Position numbers and translations under genes: made by a program
NCBI GenBank assembly: GCA_041390065.1
Contig: JAWKQQ010000005.1
Span: 482,500-546,499, forward strand
Origin: Candidatus Krumholzibacteriia bacterium
GTDB lineage: Bacteria; Krumholzibacteriota; Krumholzibacteriia; LZORAL124-64-63
Reading direction: 5' to 3'
DNA: 64,000 nucleotides
Notes under the pieces: generated by a model
Told to the model about the DNA's origin: nothing
Databases searched by the model: none
Seen by the model: the letters and a program-made list of their open reading frames with translations, nothing else
Shown here: one piece after another, positions 25,313 to 34,056 of the stretch
How positions within the stretch are numbered: position 1 is the stretch's first letter
Layout of the letters: every line of letters starts with the position of its first letter

Positions 25313-27470
25313 TCAGCACCACCTTGCCCGACCGCGCTCCGTCGGCGGTCTGCAGCCTTGCCGTGTAGACCCCGCTGGCCAGGCCTCGGGCCCGCCAGTC
25401 GAGCGCATGCCGACCGGCGTCGAGCTCGCCCTCGAAGACCGTCGCCACCCGGGCCCCCGCCGCATCGAAGACCGCCAGGACGACCGTTTGCCGCCGCGGC
25501 AGCTCGAAGCCGAACGTGGTGGCCGGGTTGAAGGGGTTGGGACGAGCGGCCAGGCGCCGCGCGGCCCGGGGCGGCGTCAGCTCCGGCGCCGCGGTGGCCC
25601 CGCACTGCGGCCAGGCCAGGTGCAGCCCGCCATCCCAGTCCGCCACGCAGATCAGGTCGCCGCTGCCGGCGACGCCGTTGGCCGCGTTGTCCGGGACCTC
25701 CACCGCTCCCACCAGCTTCGGATCGGCCGCATCGGCGACGTCGACGAGCTGCAGGCCGGCGTTGAAGTCGGCCACGTAGGCGACCGCCCCGAGCACCGTC
25801 ACGTCCGTGGCCGTCCCGGGCGTATCCTGGATGCCCACGACGACCGGCGCGGTCGGCGTCGTGATGTCCGCCACGACCAGGCCGGCCTCGTCGCAGGCGA
25901 CGTACAGCCGATCCTCGGCGACGCAGACGGCCACGGCCACGTCCGGCGTGTCCAGGTTTGCCACGATGGCGGGCCAAGACGCGCTGGTGACGTCCACCAC
26001 GTCCACGCCGTGACCCAGGACCGCGACGTAGGCGACGGCGCCGGCGACGGCGACATCGACGGCATCGCCGGACGTGGACACGTGACCGCGGATCCAGGGC
26101 GCGTCGGGCGTGGAGAAGTCGATGACCTGCAGCCCCCAGTCGTCGCACGCGGCGTAGGCCAGGTCGCCGACCACGGCCACCGCGCGCGGAATCCCCGGCG
26201 GGTCGCCCGTGCCGAGCAGGCGCGGCGCGGCGGGATCGGAGACGTCGACGAGGTCCACGACCCCGCCCTCGCAGACGTAGGCCCGCCCCGAGACGGCGGC
26301 GACGCCGTGGAGCTGGCCGGCGAAGTCCAACGAGCCCACGATGACCGGCGCCACGGGATCCGCGAGGTCGATGACCTGCAACCCCGCGTGGCTGTCGGCG
26401 ACGTAGGCGTGGTCGCCCACCGCGTCCACCGCGTAGGCCGAGCCGGGCACCAGGACGGTGCCGACGAACCCGGCGTTGACCGGCGGCGCGATGTCGGCCA
26501 CCAGCAGGCCGCCATACCAGTTGGCCACGTAGGCGTGGCCGTCCGCCACCGCCACCGCGTTGACCACCTCGTCGGTGGCCAGCGTGGACCGCACGACCGG
26601 ACTGCCGGGCGTCGAGACGTCCACGATCCGCACGCCGCGCCAGCCGCCGTGCTCGCAGGTGAAGACCAGGTCGCCCACCAGGGTCGCGTCGAGGGTGTTG
26701 CCGGGCGACGCCAGGGTCGCCACGAGGGTCGGCGCGACCGGATCCGCGATGTCGATCACCTGCAACCCCGCGGAGTAGCCGGCCACGTAGGCGAAGCCGC
26801 CGCCGACCGCCACGCCGTAGCACGCGTTCGGCAGGGCCACCGAACCGACGACGCTCATGGTCGCCCGCTCGATGACGGCGAGCCCGCCGATGTCGGTGGC
26901 GACGTAGAGATGGTCGCCATGGCCGGCCAGCCCCCAGACGTAGCCGTAGGGCTCGGCGAGCCCGACGGCGACCGGAAGCGCGGGATCGCTGACGTCGAAG
27001 TCGTGCACGCCGTGCTGCTCGTCGGCGACGTAGGCGTGATCGTCCATCACCTCGAGATCGTAGTAGTTGAGAACGCCCGGCGTGGCCGCCGCGCCGACGA
27101 TGACCGGCGCGGACGGATCGCTGACGTCGATGACCTGCAGACCGCCCCAGCCGTCGGCGACGTAGGCGTGCCCGCCGGCCACCGCGACCCGGTAGGCGCG
27201 GCCCGGCGTGTCCACCGCGCCCACGAGGACCGGCGATCCGGGTTCCGAGACGTCGTAGATCCGCAGGCCGGCCGTGTTGTCCGCCACGTAGGCGAGGCCG
27301 TCCGCCATGGCGACGCCCTCGGCGGGATAGGGCAGCTCGATGCAGGCGACCCAGTGCAGGTAATCGGCGTAGTCCAGGCAATCGTCGGTCTGGGCGGCGG
27401 AGATCCCGGCGAGCGCGAGGACGAGGCCCAGGATCGTGGCCCAGCGGCGTGACGTGACGGTGGCGAACAT
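25305..27470 (-). CDS. LVIVD-repeat secreted protein with FlgD/T9SS-like C-terminal domain
   Basis: ATG 27470 follows AAGGAGG, with a signal peptide. About 13 repeats of the form AYVAD..GL.V.DVS.P..P..VG. The C-terminus is PNPFNPATTFGFELP...SGVYTARL...KVVLIR. Confidence 0.85.
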   Translation of the reverse strand: MFATVTSRRWATILGLVLALAGISAAQTDDCLDYADYLHWVACIELPYPAEGVAMADGLAYVADNTAGLRIYDVSEPGSPVLVGAVDTPGRAYRVAVAGGHAYVADGWGGLQVIDVSDPSAPVIVGAAATPGVLNYYDLEVMDDHAYVADEQHGVHDFDVSDPALPVAVGLAEPYGYVWGLAGHGDHLYVATDIGGLAVIERATMSVVGSVALPNACYGVAVGGGFAYVAGYSAGLQVIDIADPVAPTLVATLASPGNTLDATLVGDLVFTCEHGGWRGVRIVDVSTPGSPVVRSTLATDEVVNAVAVADGHAYVANWYGGLLVADIAPPVNAGFVGTVLVPGSAYAVDAVGDHAYVADSHAGLQVIDLADPVAPVIVGSLDFAGQLHGVAAVSGRAYVCEGGVVDLVDVSDPAAPRLLGTGDPPGIPRAVAVVGDLAYAACDDWGLQVIDFSTPDAPWIRGHVSTSGDAVDVAVAGAVAYVAVLGHGVDVVDVTSASWPAIVANLDTPDVAVAVCVAEDRLYVACDEAGLVVADITTPTAPVVVGIQDTPGTATDVTVLGAVAYVADFNAGLQLVDVADAADPKLVGAVEVPDNAANGVAGSGDLICVADWDGGLHLAWPQCGATAAPELTPPRAARRLAARPNPFNPATTFGFELPRRQTVVLAVFDAAGARVATVFEGELDAGRHALDWRARGLASGVYTARLQTADGARSGKVVLIR

Positions 27471-27887
27471 GGTCGGCCTCCTTCGTCGGAACCATCGCGC
27501 CGGCCGGTCGGGCGAGGTGGCCGGCACCGTCTTGATGATAACGCAGGTTCGAGCGGAATGGCACACCTTCGGCGTGCCGGACGTCCCGGATGACCGCACC
27601 GACGGCGGGCGAGGCGATCCGGACCAGGGAGGGTGTCTGACGCATGGCGACGCCTCCGGCCGGATCAGGGGATCGCCGGATCACGGGTCAAGCCCGCGCA
27701 GGCGCCGCGCCGGCCCGGTCGTGCTCCACGCCGTGTCGCCCGATCCGTGCACCTCGATCACCACAGCTGCCTGGAGACGATCATCCTGCGGGGACCATCC
27801 GCCGGGATCGAAACGATGGCCCTGGCCTTCCGGGGGCCTCATGGGCGTGCTGGCCTCGAAGCTGGTGCGGGCCGCGGCGCCCGGATC

Positions 27888-29153
27888 CTAGTCCTGCGCC
27901 GGATGCCCGCCCACGCGTCTGGCGAGCACCGCCGAGCTCACGGCCGCGGCCAGGAACAGGCACGCCGCCACCAGGAAGACCTCCCGGAACCCCAGGAACG
28001 TCAGCAGCAGGTACCCCAGGATCGGCGCGAGCACCCCGCGCAGCCCCACCATCGCCACGTGGATCCCCTGGTAGTGGCCGCCCTGGCCCGGAGGCGCGAA
28101 CGCCATGCTGCCCACGTTCCAGGTGACGTTCACCCCGGCCATGCCGACGGAATAGATGACGAAGGCCGCATAGGCGGTCTGGGTCGCGGTCAGGTTCAGC
28201 GCCGGTCCCGCGGCCAGCATCAGCGGGTAGAGGGCGACCCAGCCGAAGCTCATGGCGCAGAGCCGGGTCGGATGCAGGCGGTCCATGAGCTTGCCCGCCA
28301 GCGGCCCCAGCAGGCCGACGCCCAGCGAGCCGATGAGGATGCGCGACTGGGCGATGTGGCGGTACGCCAGGTGCAGCTCGCTCGTGAAGTAGAGCGGCAC
28401 CACCGGCACCAGCATGATGAACGCCACGCCGTAGACCGTGAAGTTGGCCTGGTACCAGAGGTAGGCGCGGTCGCGGCGGAAGGTGTCGCGGGCGTCGAGG
28501 AAGGGCTGGCTGACGGCGCTCGCGAGCGAGCGCCAGGCCGGCGGCGCCAGGGGTCCGGCGGGCCGGGGACCCGGTGCGGCGACCGCTCCGGCGGCCGGCC
28601 GCGGCAACGTGGCCAGCGCCAACGGATAGCCGAAGCCGAGCACCCCGAGCACCGGGTAGACGATCCGGTAGGCCATGGGGTCGTGGTCGAGCAGCAGGCC
28701 CACCACGAAGCTGCACACCACCGCCGTCCCCTGCTGCACCATCGCCCCGCGGCCGAACACCCAGCCCCGCCGGTCGGCCGGGATGTTCTCCTGCAGGATG
28801 CTGTTCTGCGCGGGGTACACCAGCGCCCCGAAGAGGTAGACCACCGCCAGCATGGCCACGAACAGACCCGGCGTGGTGATCCACAGGGCCGCGGCCACCA
28901 CCACGCGGCCGCAGAGGCCGCCCCAGAAGAGGGCGCGCCGCCGGCCCCCCGACTGCATCACGCCGCTCCAGTAGAGCCCCGCCACCATGCCGGTCGATTC
29001 CATGAGCACCGACAGCGTCACCAGCCAGGCCGGCGCCGCCAGCGACTTGGCGAGCACGAACGGGAAGAGGATCTGGCCCGTGGCCCAGAGTCCCTGGAAG
29101 ACCATGCCGAGCCAGTAGCGGCGGGCGGTGGTGCGGGCGACGTCGGTCGGCAT
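27888..29153 (-). CDS. MFS transporter
   Basis: 12 predicted TM helices, 421 aa from ATG 29153. The upstream part of the track ORF is the antisense of the AhpD-like gene. Confidence 0.75.
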   Translation of the reverse strand: MPTDVARTTARRYWLGMVFQGLWATGQILFPFVLAKSLAAPAWLVTLSVLMESTGMVAGLYWSGVMQSGGRRRALFWGGLCGRVVVAAALWITTPGLFVAMLAVVYLFGALVYPAQNSILQENIPADRRGWVFGRGAMVQQGTAVVCSFVVGLLLDHDPMAYRIVYPVLGVLGFGYPLALATLPRPAAGAVAAPGPRPAGPLAPPAWRSLASAVSQPFLDARDTFRRDRAYLWYQANFTVYGVAFIMLVPVVPLYFTSELHLAYRHIAQSRILIGSLGVGLLGPLAGKLMDRLHPTRLCAMSFGWVALYPLMLAAGPALNLTATQTAYAAFVIYSVGMAGVNVTWNVGSMAFAPPGQGGHYQGIHVAMVGLRGVLAPILGYLLLTFLGFREVFLVAACLFLAAAVSSAVLARRVGGHPAQD

Positions 29154-29264
29154 CTCGCCAAGATCGTCACTGCCGGCGGCAGCGCAATGCCGCGGTGGCC
29201 AGCCGCGGAGTTTCTTGCGACCTTGAGAGTCCCGACCGCAACCTGCAACCACGGGAGATCGCCC

Positions 29265-29855
29265 ATGCCGTTCGTGGCCCCCTTGCCGCCCGACCACGAC
29301 CCCCAGACCCGCGAACTGGCTGGTTTCTTCAACGAGACCCTGGGGTTCTGCCCCAACAGCGTGCTGACGATGCAGCGACGGCCGGCCATCGCCCGCGCCT
29401 TCATCCAGCTCAACATGGCCGTCATGGCCAACGAGGGCCGGGTCACCAGCGCGCTGAAGCGCCTGGTGGGCTACCTGGCGAGCCACGCCGCGGGCTGCCG
29501 CTACTGCCAGGCCCACACCATCCGGGCAGCCGACCGCTACGGCGCCGACGGCGAGCAGCTGGAGCACATCTGGGAGTACCGCACGCACCCCGCGTTCAGC
29601 GAGGCCGAGCGCGTCGCCCTGGACCTGGCCGTGGCCGCCGCCTCGGTGCCCAACCAGGTGACCGCCGAGCTGCAGGAGCGGGTCCGCGCATACTGGGACG
29701 ACGGCGAGATCGTCGAGCTGCTGGGCGTGATCGCCCTCTTCGGCTACCTCAACCGCTGGAACGACAGCATGGCCACGAGCCTCGAGGAGGGCGCGGCCGC
29801 CAGCGGTCGGCAGTGGCTGCTGCCCGACGGCTGGGAACGCGGCAAGCACCGGTAG
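29265..29855 (+). CDS. carboxymuconolactone decarboxylase / AhpD-like family protein
   Basis: ASHAAGCRYCQAHT (CxxC in the AhpD-like fold), ERVALDLAVAAA. GGGAGA RBS. Confidence 0.75.
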   Translation: MPFVAPLPPDHDPQTRELAGFFNETLGFCPNSVLTMQRRPAIARAFIQLNMAVMANEGRVTSALKRLVGYLASHAAGCRYCQAHTIRAADRYGADGEQLEHIWEYRTHPAFSEAERVALDLAVAAASVPNQVTAELQERVRAYWDDGEIVELLGVIALFGYLNRWNDSMATSLEEGAAASGRQWLLPDGWERGKHR

Positions 29856-30596
29856 CTACCGCGACGTCCACTCCAGGTTCTCCAGGTACCAGCGCAGCTC
29901 GCCCGCGGTGCGGAACTTGCGGGCGATGAGGCTGCGCTTCAGGCCGCAGCAGACGTCCTTGAACTCGGGCGGTTGCGACGCGTAGCGGCGGGCCCCGCCG
30001 GCGATGTGATGCAGGAGGCGGATCATCTCCCACACGTCGTCGAGGCGCGCCTCGGCGGCGCTGCGGCTGGAGTCGGGCGGGAACGGGTCGACCAGCTTGA
30101 CGGAGAATTCGAGGCCGCGTCGGGCCACCAGCACGTTGCCGACGTGGAGGTCGCCGTGGTGCTCGCCCAGGGCGTGGATGTCCTCGACGCCGAGGGCGAG
30201 CACGCGCACCAGGCGCATGGCCTGGAAGACGTCGAGCCGGCCGCCGGGCTGGCGCTTGAGGAACGCGGGCAGCAGCTCGCCGTCCACGTACTCGGACACC
30301 ATCACCGAGACCGCGACGTCGCCGAAGCGGTGGATCTCGCGGGTGTGGTACTGGATCAGCACCGGACAGTTGCGCAGGCGGTGCAGCTTGCGCGCGTGAT
30401 GGCGGACGGCCCGATCGCGCTCGTTGCGGTGGGGGAAGAACAGCTTGGCCGAGCGTTCGACCCCCGTCACCCGCTCCTTGACGAGGTAGACCTCGCCCTC
30501 GTAACCCCGGCCCAGCAGGTCCTGGACCACGTATTTGCCGGCCACCAGGTCACCCGGAGCCAGGTCGAACGACGTCAAGCGCGCGCGTGAACCCAC
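29856..30596 (-). CDS. minimal protein-kinase-like protein
   Basis: G-loop GRGYEGEVY, Lys in SAKLFF, catalytic HGDLHVGNVLV, and KLVDPF in place of DFG. 246 aa with no other domain. Confidence 0.65.
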   Translation of the reverse strand: MGSRARLTSFDLAPGDLVAGKYVVQDLLGRGYEGEVYLVKERVTGVERSAKLFFPHRNERDRAVRHHARKLHRLRNCPVLIQYHTREIHRFGDVAVSVMVSEYVDGELLPAFLKRQPGGRLDVFQAMRLVRVLALGVEDIHALGEHHGDLHVGNVLVARRGLEFSVKLVDPFPPDSSRSAAEARLDDVWEMIRLLHHIAGGARRYASQPPEFKDVCCGLKRSLIARKFRTAGELRWYLENLEWTSR

Positions 30597-30730
30597 GGTT
30601 TGCCTCCGGTCCAGGGGATGCGAGGACGCCCGATTCTAGCAGCGCCGCGTGCCGGCAAGAAGCGGTTTCCGGCGCGGGCGGCGGCGCGCTATCTTGGGAC
30701 CACCCCGATCCGTCCGTCCCGGAGGCCGCG

Positions 30731-31315
30731 ATGCTCGAGTTCCTGTCCGCCCACCCGCTCACGCTGATCCCGATCATCTTCCTGGCCCGCGTGGCGGACG
30801 TGTCCCTGGGCACCCTGCGCACCATCTTCGTCTTCAAGGGCCACCGGCTGTGGGCGGCGTTCCTGGGCTTCTTCGAGGTGCTGATCTGGCTGCAGGCAGC
30901 CGGTCAGGTGATCCGCCACCTCGACCACTGGTACCTGACGGTGGCCTACGCCGCCGGCTTCGCCATGGGCAACGTGGTGGGCAGCTGGCTGGAGGCCAAG
31001 CTCGCCATCGGCGTCGAGCTGGTGCGGATCCTGGGCCACGACCCCACGGTCGGCCTGGACCGCCGGTTGCGCGAGCTGGGCTACGAGGTGGCGTCGCTGC
31101 ACGGGATGGGCAGCGCGACCGAACCCATCGAGATCCTGCTGATCACCGAACGGCGGCGCAAGGTGCCTGCCCTGCTGCAGACCGTGGCGAAGCTGGACCC
31201 GACGGCCGCCTGCACGGTGAACGACGTGAAGCTGCCGGGCCGGGGCCAGACCTCGCGGCCGCGGCGGGCGTTCCCGGCGCTGCCGGACGCGCTGCGGGTC
31301 ACGAAGCGGAAATGA
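30731..31315 (+). CDS. UPF0316 / DUF2179 membrane protein
   Basis: IFLARVADVSLGTLRTIFVFKG, three TM helices, then a DUF2179-like C-terminal domain. GGAGG RBS. Confidence 0.8.
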   Translation: MLEFLSAHPLTLIPIIFLARVADVSLGTLRTIFVFKGHRLWAAFLGFFEVLIWLQAAGQVIRHLDHWYLTVAYAAGFAMGNVVGSWLEAKLAIGVELVRILGHDPTVGLDRRLRELGYEVASLHGMGSATEPIEILLITERRRKVPALLQTVAKLDPTAACTVNDVKLPGRGQTSRPRRAFPALPDALRVTKRK

Positions 31316-31640
31316 GCCGCGGCAGAGCCGCCAGGAACACCTCGGCCACCCGTTCGCGCACCATCGCGCCCGTGTCCACCACGTCCTGGTGCGAAAGCTC
31401 GGGTTGGCCCGTCTCCCGCGACGGGTTGGTGATGCAGCTCAACCCCACCACCGGGACGCCCAGGGCGTGCAGGAGCGTCGCCTCGGGCGCGGTCGACATG
31501 CCGACCGCGTGGCAGCAGGCCCGCCGCAGCAGGCCGATCTCCCTCTTGGGCTCGTCGTTGGGACCCCGGACGCCGGCGTCGACACCCTGGTGCAAGGGCA
31601 CGCCGGCGCCAGCCGTCGGACCGGCGGGCGAGGCGGTCGG
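31299..31640 (-). pseudogene. purine nucleoside phosphorylase remnant (C-terminal third only)
   Basis: GVRGPNDEPKREIGLLRRACCHAVGMSTAPEATLLHALGVPVVGLSCITN...SHQDV matches the PNP/MTAP C-terminus (GP.fET.AE...GaDaVGMStvPE...S.iTN...sHeEV). The N-terminal ~170 aa are absent. Confidence 0.6.
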
Positions 31641-32738
31641 TCACCGCGAGTCTCCCGCGGCCACCAGGCGGTCGAGGCGGTGCGCGTGGCGGATCTGGGC
31701 GAAGTCGGCCAGGGCCTGCTCGATGAGCACCCGGGCGTGTTGCTCCGGCACGAAGGCGCTCTTGAAGCCGCCGAGGATGATGTCCTCGAGCTGCAGCAGC
31801 GTGAAGTCGAAGGTGTCGACGGCCAGGCGCAGCTCGCGGGCGATGTCGGTGTCGGCGAACAGGGTGTTGTCCGTGTTCAGGCAGACGCGCAGGCCGGCCT
31901 CGTGATACCGGCGCAGCGGATGCTCGCCCACCGACCGGACCACCCCCATCTGCACGTTGCTCGTCAGGCAGATCTCCAGGGGGATGCGGTGGTCGGCCAC
32001 GTAGGCCATGAGGTCGGGGTCCTCCTCCAGGCGCGTGCCGTGGCCGATGCGCTTGGCGCCGCAGCGGTGCAGGGCCATGTGGATGGACTCCGGGCCGTAG
32101 CCCTCGCCGGCGTGGCAGGTGGCCGGCAGGTTGTTGTTCATGCAGTGGTAGAAGGCCTCGCGATGGTCGGCGGCCGGCTGGCCGGCCTCGGCGCCCGCCA
32201 GGTCGAAGGCCACCACGCCGCGACTCTTCCAGGCCACCGCCAACCGGGCCAGCTGCAGGCTCTGGGCGGGATCGATGGTGCGCAGGCCGGTGATGATGAT
32301 GCCGCCGTTGACCGACGGCACGGCGGCGAGGCCTCGATGGACGGCCGCCACGGCGCCGTCCGGCGTCAGGCCCTGCCGGGTGTGCAGCAAGGGGCAGAAC
32401 CGCGCCTCGAGGATGCGGACGTTGAGGGCGGCCGCGTCCTCGGCCAGCTCGCGGGCCACGCGCTCGAGGCTGTCGGCGGTCTGCAGGCAGCGCAGGGTGT
32501 GGTCGAAGTGGGCCAGGAACTCGGGCATGCTCGCGACCACGGCGCCGGGGAAGAAGCGGGCGCGCAGCTCGGCAGGATCGTCGGGCAGGTCGAGGCCGGC
32601 CGCGCGGCCGAGTTCCAGGAAGGTGCCCGGGCGCAAGGAGCCGTCGAGGTGCACGTGGAGGTCGGTCTTGGGCAGTTCGCGCAGGACCTGATCGGGGATG
32701 GCGCGGCCGCGCAGGAGGTCGCTGGGGCGGTAGTTCAC
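31641..32738 (-). CDS. add: adenosine deaminase
   Basis: LPKTDLHVHLDGS, HAGE, RIGHG, NTDN motifs. GTG 32738 follows GGAGGA and overlaps the upstream stop as GTGA. Confidence 0.85.
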   Translation of the reverse strand: MNYRPSDLLRGRAIPDQVLRELPKTDLHVHLDGSLRPGTFLELGRAAGLDLPDDPAELRARFFPGAVVASMPEFLAHFDHTLRCLQTADSLERVARELAEDAAALNVRILEARFCPLLHTRQGLTPDGAVAAVHRGLAAVPSVNGGIIITGLRTIDPAQSLQLARLAVAWKSRGVVAFDLAGAEAGQPAADHREAFYHCMNNNLPATCHAGEGYGPESIHMALHRCGAKRIGHGTRLEEDPDLMAYVADHRIPLEICLTSNVQMGVVRSVGEHPLRRYHEAGLRVCLNTDNTLFADTDIARELRLAVDTFDFTLLQLEDIILGGFKSAFVPEQHARVLIEQALADFAQIRHAHRLDRLVAAGDSR

Positions 32739-33433
32739 GAGTCGTCCTCCCCCGTCACGCGGGCGTGCTTGTCGCGGTGGTAGTCGGCGATGAGCTGCAG
32801 CACATCCTGCTGGGCCTTCACGTCGTCGCGCAGGTTGATCCGCTCGGTATCGATGACCTCGACGGGGCAGAGCGCAGGCGCGCGTTCGACCCAGTCCTCG
32901 TAGGCGGCGTGGAGATCCTGCAGGAAGTCCAGAGGGATGTCCTGCTCGCACTTGCGGCCGCGCTGGCGGATGCGCTCGTGGGTGACCTCGGGCTTGCTCC
33001 AGAGGTAGAGGATGAGGTCGGGCGGCTGCAGGAAGGCGGTCATGTTGTTGAAGATCTCGCGGTAGTTGTCGTAGTCGCGCCGGTCCATGGCCCCGCGGCG
33101 GTGCAGGGTGGGCGCGAAGATCTCCACGTCCTCGTAGATGGTGCGGTCCTGCACGGCCGACGTGCCCGCGTCCTGGATCTTCTTCTGGACGGCGAAGCGC
33201 TGGCTCAGGAAGTAGACCTGCAGATGGAAGCTCCAGCGGGCCATGTCCTGGTAGTAGTCGTCGAGGTACGGGTTGTTGATCACCGGCTCGAAATACATGG
33301 GCCAGCCGAAGCTCTGGCCCAGCAGGCGCGTCAGCATGCTCTTGCCCACGCCGATGTTGCCGGCGACGGACACGAAGAACGGGGTCTTGGGCTGCTGTCG
33401 CAGGCCGAATTGCTGGCGGAAGCTCTTGGCCAT
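32735..33433 (-). CDS. deoxynucleoside kinase
   Basis: P-loop VAGNIGVGKS, FEPV, ERSIY-like DRTIYED, RIRQRGR (dNK family). Confidence 0.85.
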   Translation of the reverse strand: MAKSFRQQFGLRQQPKTPFFVSVAGNIGVGKSMLTRLLGQSFGWPMYFEPVINNPYLDDYYQDMARWSFHLQVYFLSQRFAVQKKIQDAGTSAVQDRTIYEDVEIFAPTLHRRGAMDRRDYDNYREIFNNMTAFLQPPDLILYLWSKPEVTHERIRQRGRKCEQDIPLDFLQDLHAAYEDWVERAPALCPVEVIDTERINLRDDVKAQQDVLQLIADYHRDKHARVTGEDDS

Positions 33434-33460
33434 GGGGTCCTCCGGGGTCGTGGAGGAACA

Positions 33461-33757
33461 CTAATGGGCGTGAGGGGGTGGGGCAACGGTTAGATAGAGG
33501 ATCCTCTCCTGGGATCGCGGTCGGTACCTCCAGTCGCGCGGCGCCACGGTCACCGGGGCGCGCCTGATGTCGTACGGCGCATCGAAGGAATCGGTAGACC
33601 GACCGGGTCCGATCTCGATCGTGTCTCCATCGCATGCGGCCACGACGGCGTCCTGAATCACCGTGAAATCGCCCGATCCGTCTCTCTCGACATGGATCAC
33701 GGCCGAGAGTGCGACCGACGCGGAGATACAGCAGTGAGAGCCGCCAAACAGATCCAA
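33461..33757 (-). pseudogene. possible N-terminal fragment of a beta-helix (pectin-lyase-fold) protein
   Basis: GSGDFTVIQDAVVAACDGDTIEIGPG is the usual start of right-handed beta-helix proteins. The ORF stops after 98 aa and sits in a lower-GC stretch. Confidence 0.3.
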
Positions 33758-34056
33758 CGCACGCCGCGCTGCCTTCCATGAACTGATTCGCGAATCGCGA
33801 TCGTTGCACTGCTTTCAATCGGTGCTGCTGTCTGCGCTTCCAGCGATACGCAGGCGCGTATCGGCAAGCAGGCTCCGACTCGAGCTACGATCCATCAATC
33901 GATCAAACTCTCCGACAGCCTCGAATCGCCCCAACGGCGCCATTTGCATCACATCTCGCCCCCCACCGTCCCCACCCCACCTAGTCAACCCCCACCGCAT
34001 GATGTATCATTCCAGATCCGGCACCGACCGACCACCACCCCCGAGGACGCTCCATC

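Noticed and set aside
27471-27887. An unusually long (417 nt) spacer between the MFS gene and the LVIVD gene. It holds a 53-codon minus-strand ORF (27681-27842) and a small hairpin GGCAC...GTGCC near 27571-27588.
   Set aside because: The ORF has only moderate GC3, no RBS and no recognisable motif, and the hairpin is weak. Left unannotated; RNA-seq would be needed.
29853-29858. The stop codons of convergent genes form the palindrome TAGCTA (within GGTAGCTACC) with zero spacing.
   Set aside because: This is a curiosity of tight packing. There is no hairpin or other structure to suggest function.
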